From a virus (lineage: Duplodnaviria; Caudoviricetes): DNA of 64,000 nt. The notes under the pieces were generated by a model that worked only from the letters and a program-made list of their open reading frames with translations, was not told the DNA's origin and did no database searches. Shown here one piece after another: positions 12,403 through 24,452 of this stretch. Within the stretch, counting starts at the first letter, position 1; each line of letters opens with the position of its first letter. Position numbers and translations under genes: made by a program. The stretch lies in IMG/VR virus record IMGVR_UViG_3300029305_005185, positions 116,868-180,867 of that record. One strand, given 5' to 3'.

Positions 12403-14634
12403 TTGGAGAGAAGAAGAATAATGTGGAAAAGAACTTTTATATGGTTTCATGATATTTTTTGTATTTTTTCTGCTAATTTTAAAATGGCTATTAGCGGTGC
12501 TTTGTTGAGCGCCCTTGTAAAAGGGGAAATTTCTCCTTATTATTATATTCTTCTTGTTTTCATTGTAATTGACTGTTTTATTAATATTTGGGAGTCTATG
12601 AGATATGTATAAAGCAAAAGTTTTCAAAGGCGATTATCTTGAATTGGAATTGAATAATCTTTTTAAAAAGTTTCCTGAAAATGCTAAAATTATTTCTATT
12701 GAATATATTACTTCTCCTTCTGGTAGTCTTAGCGGTGGGTATGGTAGGATTAATGCCGAGCTAAAGATTTTGGTGGTGTGGGAAGAATGACACGGAATGA
12801 GAACTTTAATATGATTATTAAGAAGTTCGTTCTTAATGAAGGTCTCCTCGCCGCCATAGTTGTCGGATATATATTAGGTGGCGGTTGTACTTTTATTGGT
12901 TTTATGGGTTATGCTTGTGAAACCATAGCCGATTTGCGAGTTTGTTTTTTCGGTATTTTTATTTTAATTGTTACTGCCGCGTTCAATTGCCTTTGGTATT
13001 GTTTACAGAAATACGATAAGATGTATGGTCTTTTTAATGATTGGGAAGATGGATGCGATATATGTAAGAAATTAATAGCGGCGAGAAGTTATGATTCTGG
13101 CAAAGAATATGATATCACCATTAAAACTCATTTAGATGAGAAAAGATATATTTTTGTTAAGGGTTATCCTCTCTATTGTCCTCATTGTGGCAGAAAACTT
13201 TCATCTTTTAATACGCCGAGGTATTGGTAATGAATAATTATTTAAATGTAAATGGTTGGCGCCTATCTGGCAAAGACGCCAAACGCCGTCGTGCCAAATT
13301 CCGCCGCCAACGTATTACTCGCGGTTTTAGCGATTGGGATTGGTGGGACCTTGATTATTTTTTGTGTAATTTGTTAGCGAAGTCTTTGAGGCATTATGCT
13401 ACGCATACGATTGGTCATAGTCCAGCAGTTGCTCCCACTTTTGAGGAGTATCAAGAACGCATTTTTCATCTTGCCGATATGTTTGAAGAAATGGCTAATT
13501 GGGAAGAAACCCATAATCCTACCGAGGAAGATATTGAAAATGGGTTTAATTGGTATAAAGAAGATAGTGCTAAATTAGACGCACTCACTAAAAAGGCTTT
13601 CGCAGAATTGGGGGAAGTATTTTGGAGTCTTTGGGATTGACGGTTGATTTTGAGTTTTTTAAAGAATCTATGAATCATTTTCGTTGGCTTGATGAACAAC
13701 AGCGGGCAATTGAAAAGATTTTTGATTGCGATATTTATGGTGGTCCTATGCTTGCATGGAATAAAGAACTTAATCTGTGGCATCGTATTTTTAAAAAGGA
13801 ACGGTCTATGGATTTACTTTTAAGTTTTGCTTCTTTCTATGGATTTGGAGAATTATCTAATGAATTTTCTTATGAATGGGTTCATGATATTAATGATGTT
13901 ACAAAAGAAACTTTAAAATTAAATGTTCCCATCTCCGATGATAACTGGCTTAAAGTCATATGGGAAGCTCTTTTGCGTATTGAAGCAGTGGAATAACCGC
14001 TTTATTTTTTTGACAAAAATAAAAATTTGTGATAATATATTAATGTAATAGGAGGAAGAGATACTTATGGTAAAGATAAATCTAAATGATGTAGATTATA
14101 CTGAAAAATTAAATGAACTAAATTTCAGCAAAAACTATGATAAAGAAGGAGAGTATTTCTCCCTCTACACCACTCTTCGCGGCGTGCCAGGTTCTACATT
14201 TACTATGACCGTGCGCGATAAGGGTAATTTGATTAAGTTCTTCTAGGGTTGTCTAGAAGTTTTGAATAAAGAGGATGATGGAATATATGATGGATTCTGA
14301 ATTAAAGGAAGTGTATCTTACTTGCCAAGATAGATGCACAACGTTGCGTTTCACTTATGACAATGATAAAAATTGGAACATTACTTCTTTTGAAATGTTA
14401 GACGATAGAGTAGTAAAGGGAACGCCTTTTCTTTGGCGGTTGAAGCGTGCTTGGCATGTATTGCGAGAAAAACCTTTATGTTATGCCGAAGTACTGGCTA
14501 CCAATAATGAAAAAACCAAGTATTTTTTGCGTGAATGTTTGCGGGTAATTGAGGAAGGAGAAAATAAAAATGAAAAGTTTTGTTCGGTTCCTGATTGTAG
14601 CAACGATAATCATCACGGCGTGGTTTCTGATTGA
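12403..14634 (+). other. Array of small hypothetical and membrane CDSs, including TAG-containing gene 14067..14300
   Basis: Packed + strand ORFs. 14067 has an AGGAGG RBS and reads through one TAG to TGA. Confidence 0.55.
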
Positions 14635-15070
14635 GACTTGTTTGCCTATTGGTGCTTTCGCAGAAGAATGGCCACAGACATATCCTATGTATGTAAATAC
14701 TCGTTTACTTAATGGACGAGAACGTCCTTCAATCAACTCTTCGCGCGAGGCTTGGTTTGAAAAAGGCGAAACCGTAGATGCTATTGAATTAAACGATACT
14801 GGTTGGGTTCTTGTTGAAGGTGGTGAAACCGGTGTTGTTTGGTGTAAGGCGGAATATCTTAGCGATAGCAATACTATTCGTGAATGGAAGAATATCAGTG
14901 GCGGTAGTGTAAATGTGCGAAAGAATCCTTCCTATGATTCTAAACGTGTTGGACGAATTAAGGCGGGTCGCGTAATGCATATTACTGCCGAAGTGTTTGG
15001 TTGGGGATATATTAAAGACCAAGGTTGGGTAGACCTTAGTTATTTTGAGGTAGTGGATGATGGAGAATAG
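14570..15070 (+). CDS. Secreted/membrane protein with two SH3b domains
   Basis: N-terminal hydrophobic segment. Motifs LNGRERPS, VNVRKNPS, GWVDLSY. Confidence 0.75.
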   Translation: MKSFVRFLIVATIIITAWFLIETCLPIGAFAEEWPQTYPMYVNTRLLNGRERPSINSSREAWFEKGETVDAIELNDTGWVLVEGGETGVVWCKAEYLSDSNTIREWKNISGGSVNVRKNPSYDSKRVGRIKAGRVMHITAEVFGWGYIKDQGWVDLSYFEVVDDGE

Positions 15071-16801
15071 AGGATATATTGAATGTCCAGGATGCGGGCG
15101 TACTATGGGACGCTTACCCGCGGAATATATCAATGAATTGAATAGATATGAAGTTAGGCTTTTTTGCCCTTGTGGTTGGATGAGTCCTATTGGATGGGGT
15201 GCCACGAGGGAAGAGGCTATTGATAAGGCTTTTATAAAGGCTAAAATTCGTGTGGTGGAGAAGTGATTCTTCACCTTTTATTTTTTGACAAAAATAAAAA
15301 TTTATTGTATAATATTTATGTAATAAGGAGTGATAAATATGGTAGAAAAACTAAGTAGATTTGTAATTTCAACATTTGATTCTAAAGCAAAAAGGTATAA
15401 AGAAGTCGCTTCTTTTAGTAGTAAATTTGTTGCCAGATGGGAATATTTTTCAAAAATCGGTAACAAAGAATATACCAATCTTTGCCTAATTGATGCCGAA
15501 AAGGGTAAGGTGCTTCATAAGTATGGTGATGTAGATGAATGATTTTTGGAATGTTCCTGGCGAAGATATTAGTTATCGTAATTCAAATCTTGGCTGGCGA
15601 CAATATCGCGTGAGTGCGGAAGACTTTTTTAAGTGGTCAGCACGCTTTAAACCCGAATGGACTTATGAAACAGAAGAATCTTCTTTTGATAAGAAGAAAA
15701 TTACCTCTACATATTTCAAGCCCACAAAACAAAAAATTTTTTATAAGGTAGAAGATTATAGTGATATGATGTATAATCATATAACTATGGAATATAAACC
15801 TATTACAACTTTTCATGTAATTCCCATTATTGAAGATTACTGGCATATTATTGAGTGCGTTACCAACACTACCGCGGTAGGCGAACGAAAGGAAGAAGTC
15901 GGATGGTAAGTCTAGACAAAATCAAATGGCGTGAAGTAAGTGAAGAAGAATATGACCGTATTAGTAATCTTTTTGGATGTAATAACATGATGCTTCAAAA
16001 ATGGCTTTTTACTGATAAAGCTATTTATCATTTGCCTGATAGTAATTTTGTTATTCTTCGTATTGATAGTCATTTCAATGGTGAAGAGGGTGATTGGCAA
16101 GATTTTTACGTTGCCGAACAGTATTATACTATTATGGATATTCTTAAGGATGATGCTAATATGCTTTGCGTTCTTGGGCCTATGCTGATGAATGTGGAAG
16201 GATGAATTAAATATGAATAATGCTGTCAATTTGAATTATGTAAGTCATCGTGAATTTACTAGGGTAAAAGACCAGTTTCCTAAAGATTGTTTAAGTTATT
16301 ATACTACTCGCTCTCTTATGGTTAGAACTCCCGATGATGATAGTTCTTTTATTATTTGGCGATGGAAGGATGAACGGGAGAAATTGTTTGCTATTGAAGA
16401 AATATTGGTACCGGATAGTCGCGGCGGCTATGCAAAGAAGAAAGATTATATTGTTTGGCCCGAAGCATATAAACTTATTAAAGTAATGAATGCTATTCGT
16501 AAGGAGGTGCCTGCTAATGGGACTAGATGCGATGGCATTAGTTGGTAATGTAAGCCATAGAAAATTTAATAAAGTTAAGGATGCTTTTGACCCACGATGG
16601 CTTGATAAAGTAGAATATAATGGTGATGATTGGGAAATGATGGTCTGGAAATATCGCTCAACAGGAGAGGAGTTATTTAGTATTGTTTGGCTAACTTCTG
16701 GTGATAGATATTTCTATGTATATTCGCGGGCATATAAATACCTAAAAATCATTGCTCAGGCTTTATATGGTGATTTTGCTTATGAAGGTTTGAAAATTTG
16801 A
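15057..16801 (+). other. Array of six small hypothetical CDSs
   Basis: Overlapping + strand ORFs; the first has CxxC motifs. Confidence 0.55.
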
Positions 16802-16859
16802 CATATACAAAAAATTGATATATAATATACTTGTAAGTTAAGGAAAGGAAAGAAAACAA

Positions 16860-17672
16860 ATGTCTAATCTTGCTATTGGCGACCGCGTGAAGGCTTATGA
16901 GAACTGCTACCGTAATTATCTTCCTAATGGTTTTGACGTAATCATCCGTGTAGATGGTCGCGCATTCCATACTTTTACAAAGAATTTCTACAAGCCCTTT
17001 GATACTCTATTTATGAAGTCCATGAAGGATACCGCCGCAGAACTGTGTAAGGAAATTCAGGGCGTAAAGTTTGCTTATGTTCAGTCTGATGAAATTTCTC
17101 TGTGGTTGAATTATGATTATGAAAATGGTGAACAGCCTTGGTTTGGCAATAACATTCAGAAGATGGTAAGTGTTTCTGCTAGTATTGCTACGCTTGCGTT
17201 TAATCGCGCTTTTAATACTCATGTTTGTGAATTTTTAACTGATGTTGTTGGCGATGAGTATAAGAATAGTGTTCATTTTGAACAGTATTTGACTTATGAT
17301 AATAATATTGACACCGCCACTTTTGACTCTCGTGTCTTCATCCTTCCCCATGAGGAAGTTGCCAACTATTTCCTGTGGCGTACTAAGGATATGGAGCGCA
17401 ACAGCATTCAGATGGTAGCACGTTCTCTGTATTCTCACAAGGAACTCGTAGGTAAGAAATCTGCTGATCTTCACGAACTTATTTACCAGAAGGGTCAGAA
17501 TTGGAACAACTATCCTGGTGATATGAAGCACGGCACGGTTATTGTAAAGCACATTCATTCTGTTGGCGATGCTTGGCGTACTAAGTGGGGTCCGATGGAT
17601 GATGCCATGTTCCCGAGTAGCACTTATGAGAGTTGGAATACGTTTGTTAATCGTTTTGTAGAAAAGGAGTAA
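16860..17672 (+). CDS. tRNA(His) guanylyltransferase Thg1-like 3'-5' polymerase
   Basis: Motifs IRVDGRAFHTFT, YVQSDEISL, FDSRVF, YFLWR, NWN.YP. Confidence 0.92.
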   Translation: MSNLAIGDRVKAYENCYRNYLPNGFDVIIRVDGRAFHTFTKNFYKPFDTLFMKSMKDTAAELCKEIQGVKFAYVQSDEISLWLNYDYENGEQPWFGNNIQKMVSVSASIATLAFNRAFNTHVCEFLTDVVGDEYKNSVHFEQYLTYDNNIDTATFDSRVFILPHEEVANYFLWRTKDMERNSIQMVARSLYSHKELVGKKSADLHELIYQKGQNWNNYPGDMKHGTVIVKHIHSVGDAWRTKWGPMDDAMFPSSTYESWNTFVNRFVEKE

Positions 17673-17674
17673 GT

Positions 17675-18016
17675 ATGATTCCTGATATTAACGAACTTCG
17701 CAGAATAACTGAAGAAGCAAATGAAGTAGATATTGCTTCTTATATGGATAAGGCTCGTAATGGAATTGTAAATGGTATCTGGCAGGATGCTAAGAATGGT
17801 TTGAAATATCATATTCATGTTTGGGGTCTTGAAGGTAAGAGTGGGTATACCGAAGGAGTAAGAGGCACTGAGAACTTTAAAGAGGCTATTAGACGCCTTA
17901 AGAAAGAATTTGAGGAAGCCGGCTATCAGTTCAAGATTAACATGAAGGATAGAGGTTTTTCTACTTCTGTTATAGAAAATGTACATATTTCTTGGTATAA
18001 ATTTGACAAAGAATAA
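17675..18016 (+). CDS. Hypothetical protein
   Basis: ORF with AAGGAG RBS. Confidence 0.6.
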   Translation: MIPDINELRRITEEANEVDIASYMDKARNGIVNGIWQDAKNGLKYHIHVWGLEGKSGYTEGVRGTENFKEAIRRLKKEFEEAGYQFKINMKDRGFSTSVIENVHISWYKFDKE

Positions 18017-18064
18017 ATTTTAATATATAATATATATATAAAATAAAGAAAGGATATTTATTTT

Positions 18065-18745
18065 ATGCGATTTATTTTGCCTCGTTTCTTCATCAACTGT
18101 GAGCGTTGGAAGTGGAATGACGACCTTCGTGTATTTGTATCCACTTTTGGGCATATCAAGGATGAACACAAAAAGAATGTAGCCCCTAAAATCAATGATA
18201 GTGGTTACTTTGTCGTGCGAGTCAAAGATAAATGGATTTCCGTCCATCGTCTTGTTTTGCTTACTTGGCGCCCCATTCCCAATGATGGCGAGCCTATGAC
18301 AGTTGATCATTTAGATTCTAATCGCCGCAACAATCGTCTTGATAATCTTGAATGGGTTAGTCAAGGCGAAAATTTGCGGCGTGCGAACGAAATGCTTTGT
18401 AAGAATAAAGAGGCAAATGCCGCGGAAGTGAAGCCTATTGTGCCTACTGTTCTTAATTCTGGTAATCCCGTTACTTGGGCTAATCTTGAAGAAAAGACTG
18501 GTTTGAAGCGTAACGATGATAAATCTTATCCCGAAGGTTTGATGGATGAAATTTATAAACTTTATCAGAATGGTACAGTTATGATTTTTAAGGGTAATTC
18601 TAATGCTCAACTTGATAACCAGTGGCTTATGAAGCAAATTGGTAACCAGTCTAACCCCAAGACAATGGTTGAACGTTTTTTGAAGGCTTCGCTTAATAAA
18701 ACAGGTTCGTATCTTGGTGTAAAACCTCGTATGTATTGGGCTTAA
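18065..18745 (+). CDS. HNH endonuclease family protein
   Basis: Motif VHRLV...TVDHLDSNRRNNRLDNLEWVSQGEN. Confidence 0.85.
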   Translation: MRFILPRFFINCERWKWNDDLRVFVSTFGHIKDEHKKNVAPKINDSGYFVVRVKDKWISVHRLVLLTWRPIPNDGEPMTVDHLDSNRRNNRLDNLEWVSQGENLRRANEMLCKNKEANAAEVKPIVPTVLNSGNPVTWANLEEKTGLKRNDDKSYPEGLMDEIYKLYQNGTVMIFKGNSNAQLDNQWLMKQIGNQSNPKTMVERFLKASLNKTGSYLGVKPRMYWA

Positions 18746-18816
18746 AAAAATTTGACAAATACAAAAAACTGATATATAATATATATGTAAGATAAAGAAA
18801 GGGAGGAAATTCCTCA

Positions 18817-19401
18817 ATGTTTGATTCTAATAATTTTATGGGTAAGATGTTTGGCAAGGTTGGCTCCGGTATGGTTCGTATGTCCATGAATGGTGATATG
18901 GCTATTAAGACTTCTAATGGTTATAAGACTTATGATGCTGAGTCCGGCGCTCTTGTAAACTGTGATAATTTCGTTTTTGATATTGGTTCTGAAATGTTCT
19001 TCCTGATTCCTACCAATAAGGTTCAGAAGGGCGATATTATTCTTGCCAGTGGCAAGCCCCATTGTGTAATTGGCGCTGAAAAGAACCGTATTGAGGCTCT
19101 GCGCTATGAGGACGGTAGTATTGTAAATATTGTACCCGAGCGTCATGTTTTCATGGGACAGACCTACTTCTATGGCAAGATTGTTTCTATGTTCGGCAAC
19201 ATGAAGGGCAAGGGCATGAACTCCATGATGAAGTACATGATGATGTCCGAAATGATGAAGGGTAAGAATGACGCAATGTCCAATATGCTTCCCATGATGT
19301 TTCTCATGGGTAATGGCGGCGGCAACATGGATAACATGTTTGAGGGCATGTTTGACCTTGGCGTGGATGACGTTGAAACCGAGACTGAGGAGAAGGAATA
19401 A
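18817..19401 (+). CDS. Hypothetical protein with Met-rich C-terminus
   Basis: Own promoter and GGAGG RBS; high-expression codon usage. Confidence 0.7.
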   Translation: MFDSNNFMGKMFGKVGSGMVRMSMNGDMAIKTSNGYKTYDAESGALVNCDNFVFDIGSEMFFLIPTNKVQKGDIILASGKPHCVIGAEKNRIEALRYEDGSIVNIVPERHVFMGQTYFYGKIVSMFGNMKGKGMNSMMKYMMMSEMMKGKNDAMSNMLPMMFLMGNGGGNMDNMFEGMFDLGVDDVETETEEKE

Positions 19402-19439
19402 TTCCTTCTCTTTGTGATATGAAAGTGAGGTAATTAGTT

Positions 19440-20309
19440 TTGGGTGGCGGAAGTTGGACTAGTAGTTCCTATTATGATAGAATGGCATCCCGTGGTATTA
19501 CTGATGTTGACTCCATTATGAGTATGGATACAACGCAGTATTACGAATCTCGCAGTTTGTCCCCTATTCTCAATCCTAAGAATGTAACTCGTGAATGTTG
19601 TGATAGCGATGAGCATCCCAACACCATTCCTGTTATTCTTGCCCTTGACGTTACTGGCTCCATGGGAGCCGCGGCAAAGGCTTGTGCTGCGAAGTTGAAT
19701 GAGATTATGACTTCGCTTTATGAGAAGGTAAAAGATATCCAGTTTATGACTATGGCCATTGGTGACTTTGCTTATGACCGTGCTCCTTTGCAGGTAAGCC
19801 AGTATGAAAGTGACATTCGTATTCTGGAACAGATGGACCAGATTTATTTTGAAGGTGGCGGTGGTGGTAACGATTTTGAATCTTATACTGCCGCGTGGTA
19901 TTTTGCTCTAAGGCATACCAAACTTGATTGCCATAACCGTGGCAAGAAGGGTATTATTATCACCCTTGGCGATGAACCTCTTAATCCCTATCTTCCTCGT
20001 GGTGTGGTAGAAAGCGTTATTGGTGATAAGTTGCAGGGCGATGTAGATACTCAGGATTTGTATCGTGAAGTAACTGAAAAGTTTGATGTATATCATATTT
20101 CTGTAGATGATAGTGATTCTTCTTACAAGTGGCATAAGATTAATGCCGATACCACTTGGAAGCGTGTTATTGGCGAAAACTACAAGGTAAGTACTCTACA
20201 GAATCTTGCTAAGACTATTAGTGATATTATTGTTAATTCCGCAGCGGAATATGAATTTGTTGAGGTTGGTTCCGCTCATGTTGATAGTGACGGTAATATT
20301 AGTTGGTAA
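19440..20309 (+). CDS. vWA domain protein
   Basis: MIDAS-like motif LDVTGSMG; also GGGGN..ESY and TLGDE. Confidence 0.8.
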   Translation: MGGGSWTSSSYYDRMASRGITDVDSIMSMDTTQYYESRSLSPILNPKNVTRECCDSDEHPNTIPVILALDVTGSMGAAAKACAAKLNEIMTSLYEKVKDIQFMTMAIGDFAYDRAPLQVSQYESDIRILEQMDQIYFEGGGGGNDFESYTAAWYFALRHTKLDCHNRGKKGIIITLGDEPLNPYLPRGVVESVIGDKLQGDVDTQDLYREVTEKFDVYHISVDDSDSSYKWHKINADTTWKRVIGENYKVSTLQNLAKTISDIIVNSAAEYEFVEVGSAHVDSDGNISW

Positions 20310-20325
20310 TATGAAAGGATAAATT

Positions 20326-21408
20326 ATGAAAGAAATTAAAGTAGTAACTGGTGCCGGTTATGGTGATGAAGGAAAAGGACTTGTATCTTATGCTCTTGCT
20401 CATGAAGCAGTAAATAAGGGTAATAAGGTTCTTACTGTACTCGCAAACGGAACCATTCAGCGCGCTCATACGGTAAATGACCGTATTTTGCATTGTATTG
20501 GTGCTGGCGATTTGGTTGGCGGCGCCACTTACTACTGGCCTTCTTTCGTAATTGACCCTATTGCTTTGTGGATTACTGAGTCCAAAGTAATCTATCATCC
20601 CAATTGTCGTATTATTACGCCTTGGGATGTTATGGAAAATCGTCGCAAAGAAATTGCTCGTGGTGAAGCACGCCATGGTTCTTGTGGTTTTGGGTTGTTT
20701 GAAACTGTAAAAAGACACCTTACGATTGCATTGAATGCGAAAGATTTGTCTTGGGCTTGGACGTTATATGAAAAATTGAATAAAATTAAAGAACATTATG
20801 GTGCGGAAGCGGATGAAGATGAAGTTTACAATATCCATAACTTCCATCTTGCCGTAGATTGGATGATGAAAAATTGTAAGTGTGCCACTTTGGCAGAAAT
20901 TGAAAATGACTTTGAAACTGTTATCTTTGAAAACGGACAAGGCTTGCGTTTGGACCAGTCACGTATTAATGAAACTCATCATCTTACTCCGTCTTCCGTA
21001 GGTAGTTTTAACATTGCTAGTTGGATTAATTCCGCCAATGTTGAAAAGAAAGATGTATACTATGTAAGTCGTACTTATCTTACTCGTCATGGCGCCGGCG
21101 AACTTCCTACTGAATGCCGTCGTGAAGATATCAATCCTAATATCGTGGATAAGACTAATATGCCCAATGAATGGCAGGGTAGTCTGCGGTTTGGTTGGCT
21201 TGATATGGATACTATGGAAAAAGATATTGTGAAAGACTTTGCTCGTTATAATGGGGCTACATCTAATCTGGTGTATACGCAGTTGAATTACACCGGTGGA
21301 CAGTTGGCTATTGGTGAAGGAAAGTATCTTGAAATTGTTAAGCCTACGTTTATCAATGGTAATGTTTTTGGTAGTGAAACCAAAGATAGTATGTTTAAGA
21401 TGATTTAA
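20326..21408 (+). CDS. Adenylosuccinate synthetase-like protein (divergent PurA family)
   Basis: Motifs GYGDEGKG, GSCGFG, FENGQG..LD, YLTRHGAG, TN..N.WQG.LR.G. Confidence 0.82.
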   Translation: MKEIKVVTGAGYGDEGKGLVSYALAHEAVNKGNKVLTVLANGTIQRAHTVNDRILHCIGAGDLVGGATYYWPSFVIDPIALWITESKVIYHPNCRIITPWDVMENRRKEIARGEARHGSCGFGLFETVKRHLTIALNAKDLSWAWTLYEKLNKIKEHYGAEADEDEVYNIHNFHLAVDWMMKNCKCATLAEIENDFETVIFENGQGLRLDQSRINETHHLTPSSVGSFNIASWINSANVEKKDVYYVSRTYLTRHGAGELPTECRREDINPNIVDKTNMPNEWQGSLRFGWLDMDTMEKDIVKDFARYNGATSNLVYTQLNYTGGQLAIGEGKYLEIVKPTFINGNVFGSETKDSMFKMI

Positions 21409-21711
21409 ATGAAATATATTATAATAACAATACTTTTTATTATAGCAATAGCAATATCATTTTATTGTTATAGTAAAGACGATAATACTTATTCATAACG
21501 AAAGGAAAATAACTAATGTCTAACTCTACTATTCTTGCTATGCTACGATATCGTGAATCTCTCCTTCTTTCTCGCGATGAGGCTATGAATGCTAATCTGC
21601 TACGAAAGATTCGGCGAAATATTCGCAAGTATGAGGCCCTCGTTTGAGGGCTTATTTTTTTGACAAAAATAAAAATTTATTATATAATATATTAGAAAGT
21701 GAGGGAAAGAT

Positions 21712-22233
21712 ATGATTTATATTATTGGTGATACTCATTTCGGAGAGGAACATATCTTTAAGATGTGTACTAGTTGGCATAAAGATTTTGACACCTGTGA
21801 AGAAAAAGATGAAACTATTATTGATTTATGGAATGAATTTGTTACAAACGCCGATACTGTTATTGTCGCTGGTGATTTCGGTGACCCCAGCTATGCTGGC
21901 CGTTTGAATGGTAAGAAAATTCTTATTATGGGTAATCATGATTGGGAATGGTGGAACAAAGTGGGTAAGCATGAATATGAACATTTTGAGCATGTATGTC
22001 CTTATCCCACTATGATTGAAAATTTTTATCTCATCAGTCATGAACCACAATATGTTTCTCCCAACGGAGTGATTGCTAATATTTTCGCACATGTTCATGA
22101 TAATCCTAATTATAAAAATGTAAGTTCGCGTGGTTATTGTGTATCCGCGGAGCGTATTGATTGGTCCCCTATTTTGTTAGATTCTATTATTGAAGAAATG
22201 AAAATGGAGGAAAAAGCTAATGGGAATTTTTAA
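21712..22233 (+). CDS. Calcineurin-like metallophosphoesterase (second copy)
   Basis: Motifs GDTHFG, AGDF, MGNHD, ISHEP, AHVH. Confidence 0.85.
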   Translation: MIYIIGDTHFGEEHIFKMCTSWHKDFDTCEEKDETIIDLWNEFVTNADTVIVAGDFGDPSYAGRLNGKKILIMGNHDWEWWNKVGKHEYEHFEHVCPYPTMIENFYLISHEPQYVSPNGVIANIFAHVHDNPNYKNVSSRGYCVSAERIDWSPILLDSIIEEMKMEEKANGNF

Positions 22234-22868
22234 TGATGATATGTGTATTCACAACAATAACGGAGTTTGCGCTTTGAATCTATCTCAGTTGGCTTGGGAA
22301 AATAAGTTGCTTAAAGAAGAAAATGAAAAATTGAAAAAAGAAATTGAAGAACTTAAGAAAAGGAGTAAATAAATATGTTTTGGTTTATTATTGGCGCTGG
22401 TTTAGGTTTTTATTGTGGCATTTGGGGAACGCTAAAGATTATTCATATGACCTATCCTCATATTTATCGCGAGTTTGAAAATGGCGATTGGAAGATAAAG
22501 TATTACAATGCTAAAGCCAAGGCCGCGGAAGAAGAGGATGAGATTCTGTGAAGAGTTTTATTTGGTTTTTGATTGGCATAGTATTTGGTTGGGTAATTAT
22601 TGCTTCTATGTTCCCAAGTGTTGGCGAAGCTATGTTAGAAGAAGGTTTCCTTCCGGCTGTTGCTGGTATTGTGAAGGGTTGGTTTATTAAATGAAGATTG
22701 ATTGGAAAATTCTAAAAACAAGTATTTGGGAAACATTTTATAAAAGTCTAATTTTCATAGGACTAATTGCTCTGGCTCTTGGTCCTATCCCTCTTGGACT
22801 TTTTGTGTCTCCCTGGTTTCTTCTAATTTATCCTATTGTTTTCTTTTGTGAAGAAGTAAGAGAAGCTT

Positions 22869-23456
22869 ATGAAAGAAAAGTATATGAATCAGAATCGGAA
22901 GCCAAATATCAAGATTAAGAATATTTTTCGTCATCTTAAAACTATTCGCACCCATCGTAAATGGGTAAAACACTATTGTTTCCAGTTAGGTCTTTACCGT
23001 CAAGGTTGGCTTCATGATTTAAGTAAATATTCTCCCACTGAATTTTGGGAAAGTGTTCGTTATTATCAGGGCACCAGTTCTCCTATTGATGCTTCCAAGA
23101 AAGCAAATGGTTATTCTCCCGCTTGGTTCCACCACCGTGGTCGCAATCTTCATCACAATGTTTGCTGGATTGATAATATCAATGAAGGGGTTAAACCAGT
23201 TCGCATGCCGTTTGATTATGTATGCGAAATGATTTGCGATTGGATGGCAGCAGGACGCGCGTATATGGGAGATGATTTTTCTTATGCTAAAGAATATGAT
23301 TGGTATAGAAAGCGCACTTTCTTTCTTCATCCTCATACCAAGCGTTTGGTAGATGAAATTATGACATTTATTGTTCGTTTTGGCGATGATGCTTTTAGTT
23401 ATGGTCTTTGGGAAGATATGATGGAAGAATTTTATATTGATGAGGAAAACTTCTAA
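22869..23456 (+). CDS. HD-like (DUF5662-type) protein
   Basis: Motifs HR..V, LHDLSKYSPTEF, AWFHHRGRNLHH, EMICDW. Confidence 0.7.
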   Translation: MKEKYMNQNRKPNIKIKNIFRHLKTIRTHRKWVKHYCFQLGLYRQGWLHDLSKYSPTEFWESVRYYQGTSSPIDASKKANGYSPAWFHHRGRNLHHNVCWIDNINEGVKPVRMPFDYVCEMICDWMAAGRAYMGDDFSYAKEYDWYRKRTFFLHPHTKRLVDEIMTFIVRFGDDAFSYGLWEDMMEEFYIDEENF

Positions 23457-23489
23457 TAGAAATATCATAAAAAGAATACCTATATTTAG

Positions 23490-23909
23490 ATGAATAAACA
23501 CTTCTTTGATTTGGCTCGTGCTGAATCTTATAAGGCTACTTATAGTGGTTATTCCGCGGTGAAGATTGGTTGTGTAGTTGTGTATCATGGAACTATTCTT
23601 GCCCGCGGATGTAATAGTGATAAAAGTCACACTACACAAAGTAGATATAACTATCTTAGATACAATGATAAACATTTAAATCATTATTATCATGCTTCCA
23701 TACATGCAGAAATACAAGCCCTAAATAAAATAAAATATTTAGATATAGACTTTTCTAAGGTAGAAGTCTACGTATATCGTGGCTATAAAAATGGCGGAAC
23801 TGCCATGGCTAGACCCTGCGCAAGTTGTATGGAATTTATAAAAAGTTTGGGAATAAAAAATATTTATTATACTACACCTGATGGGTTTGCACACGAAAGG
23901 ATAAAATAA
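23490..23909 (+). CDS. Zinc-dependent nucleotide deaminase family protein
   Basis: Motifs HAE and ARPCASC. Confidence 0.8.
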   Translation: MNKHFFDLARAESYKATYSGYSAVKIGCVVVYHGTILARGCNSDKSHTTQSRYNYLRYNDKHLNHYYHASIHAEIQALNKIKYLDIDFSKVEVYVYRGYKNGGTAMARPCASCMEFIKSLGIKNIYYTTPDGFAHERIK

Positions 23910-23912
23910 ATT

Positions 23913-24449
23913 ATGACGCATGCTTCTCGTAATACTACTACTGGTTTAACTTTTGAAAGAAATACTCCTATTAATAAAATTTTTGATTTTTTGCCAAATA
24001 ATAAAGTATTAATGTTTGCTAGTAATGCTGTTATGGCAAAAGAAACTGGGATGTTAAATTGGCGCGATTATGTTGGAAATTTGCCAGGACTTACTTATGT
24101 TGGAGAAAGAAATGGTCGTCATCCAACTATTTGGAATAAAAATTACATTCCCGATGGTGCGATTATTTATAATAATACACTTTATATTATTGAAAAAAAA
24201 TATCAACAGTGTGTAGGTACTGTTGATGAGAAGCTAACATCTGGTGATTTTCGAAGAACAATGTTTGAAAAATTATCAAAATATTTTCCCATTCAAATTA
24301 ACAATGTAAAATATTTATTTATTTTGGGTGAATGGTTTAAAGCAGACAAATATAAAGATTCTATTGAATATGTAAGAAATAAAGATTCAAATGTAGAATT
24401 TATGTTTTATGATGAAAAACCTCCTCGCAATTTTTTTGGAGTCGAATAA
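23913..24449 (+). CDS. PD-(D/E)xK nuclease, restriction endonuclease-like
   Basis: Motifs GLTFE, PDG, IIEKKYQ...GTVDEKL. Confidence 0.65.
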   Translation: MTHASRNTTTGLTFERNTPINKIFDFLPNNKVLMFASNAVMAKETGMLNWRDYVGNLPGLTYVGERNGRHPTIWNKNYIPDGAIIYNNTLYIIEKKYQQCVGTVDEKLTSGDFRRTMFEKLSKYFPIQINNVKYLFILGEWFKADKYKDSIEYVRNKDSNVEFMFYDEKPPRNFFGVE

Positions 24450-24452
24450 ATT

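Noticed and set aside
20326-21408. PurZ (2-aminoadenine DNA pathway)
   Set aside because: It keeps the PurA-type Asp in GDEGKG rather than the Ser typical of PurZ, and no DatZ/MazZ-like partners are recognised nearby.
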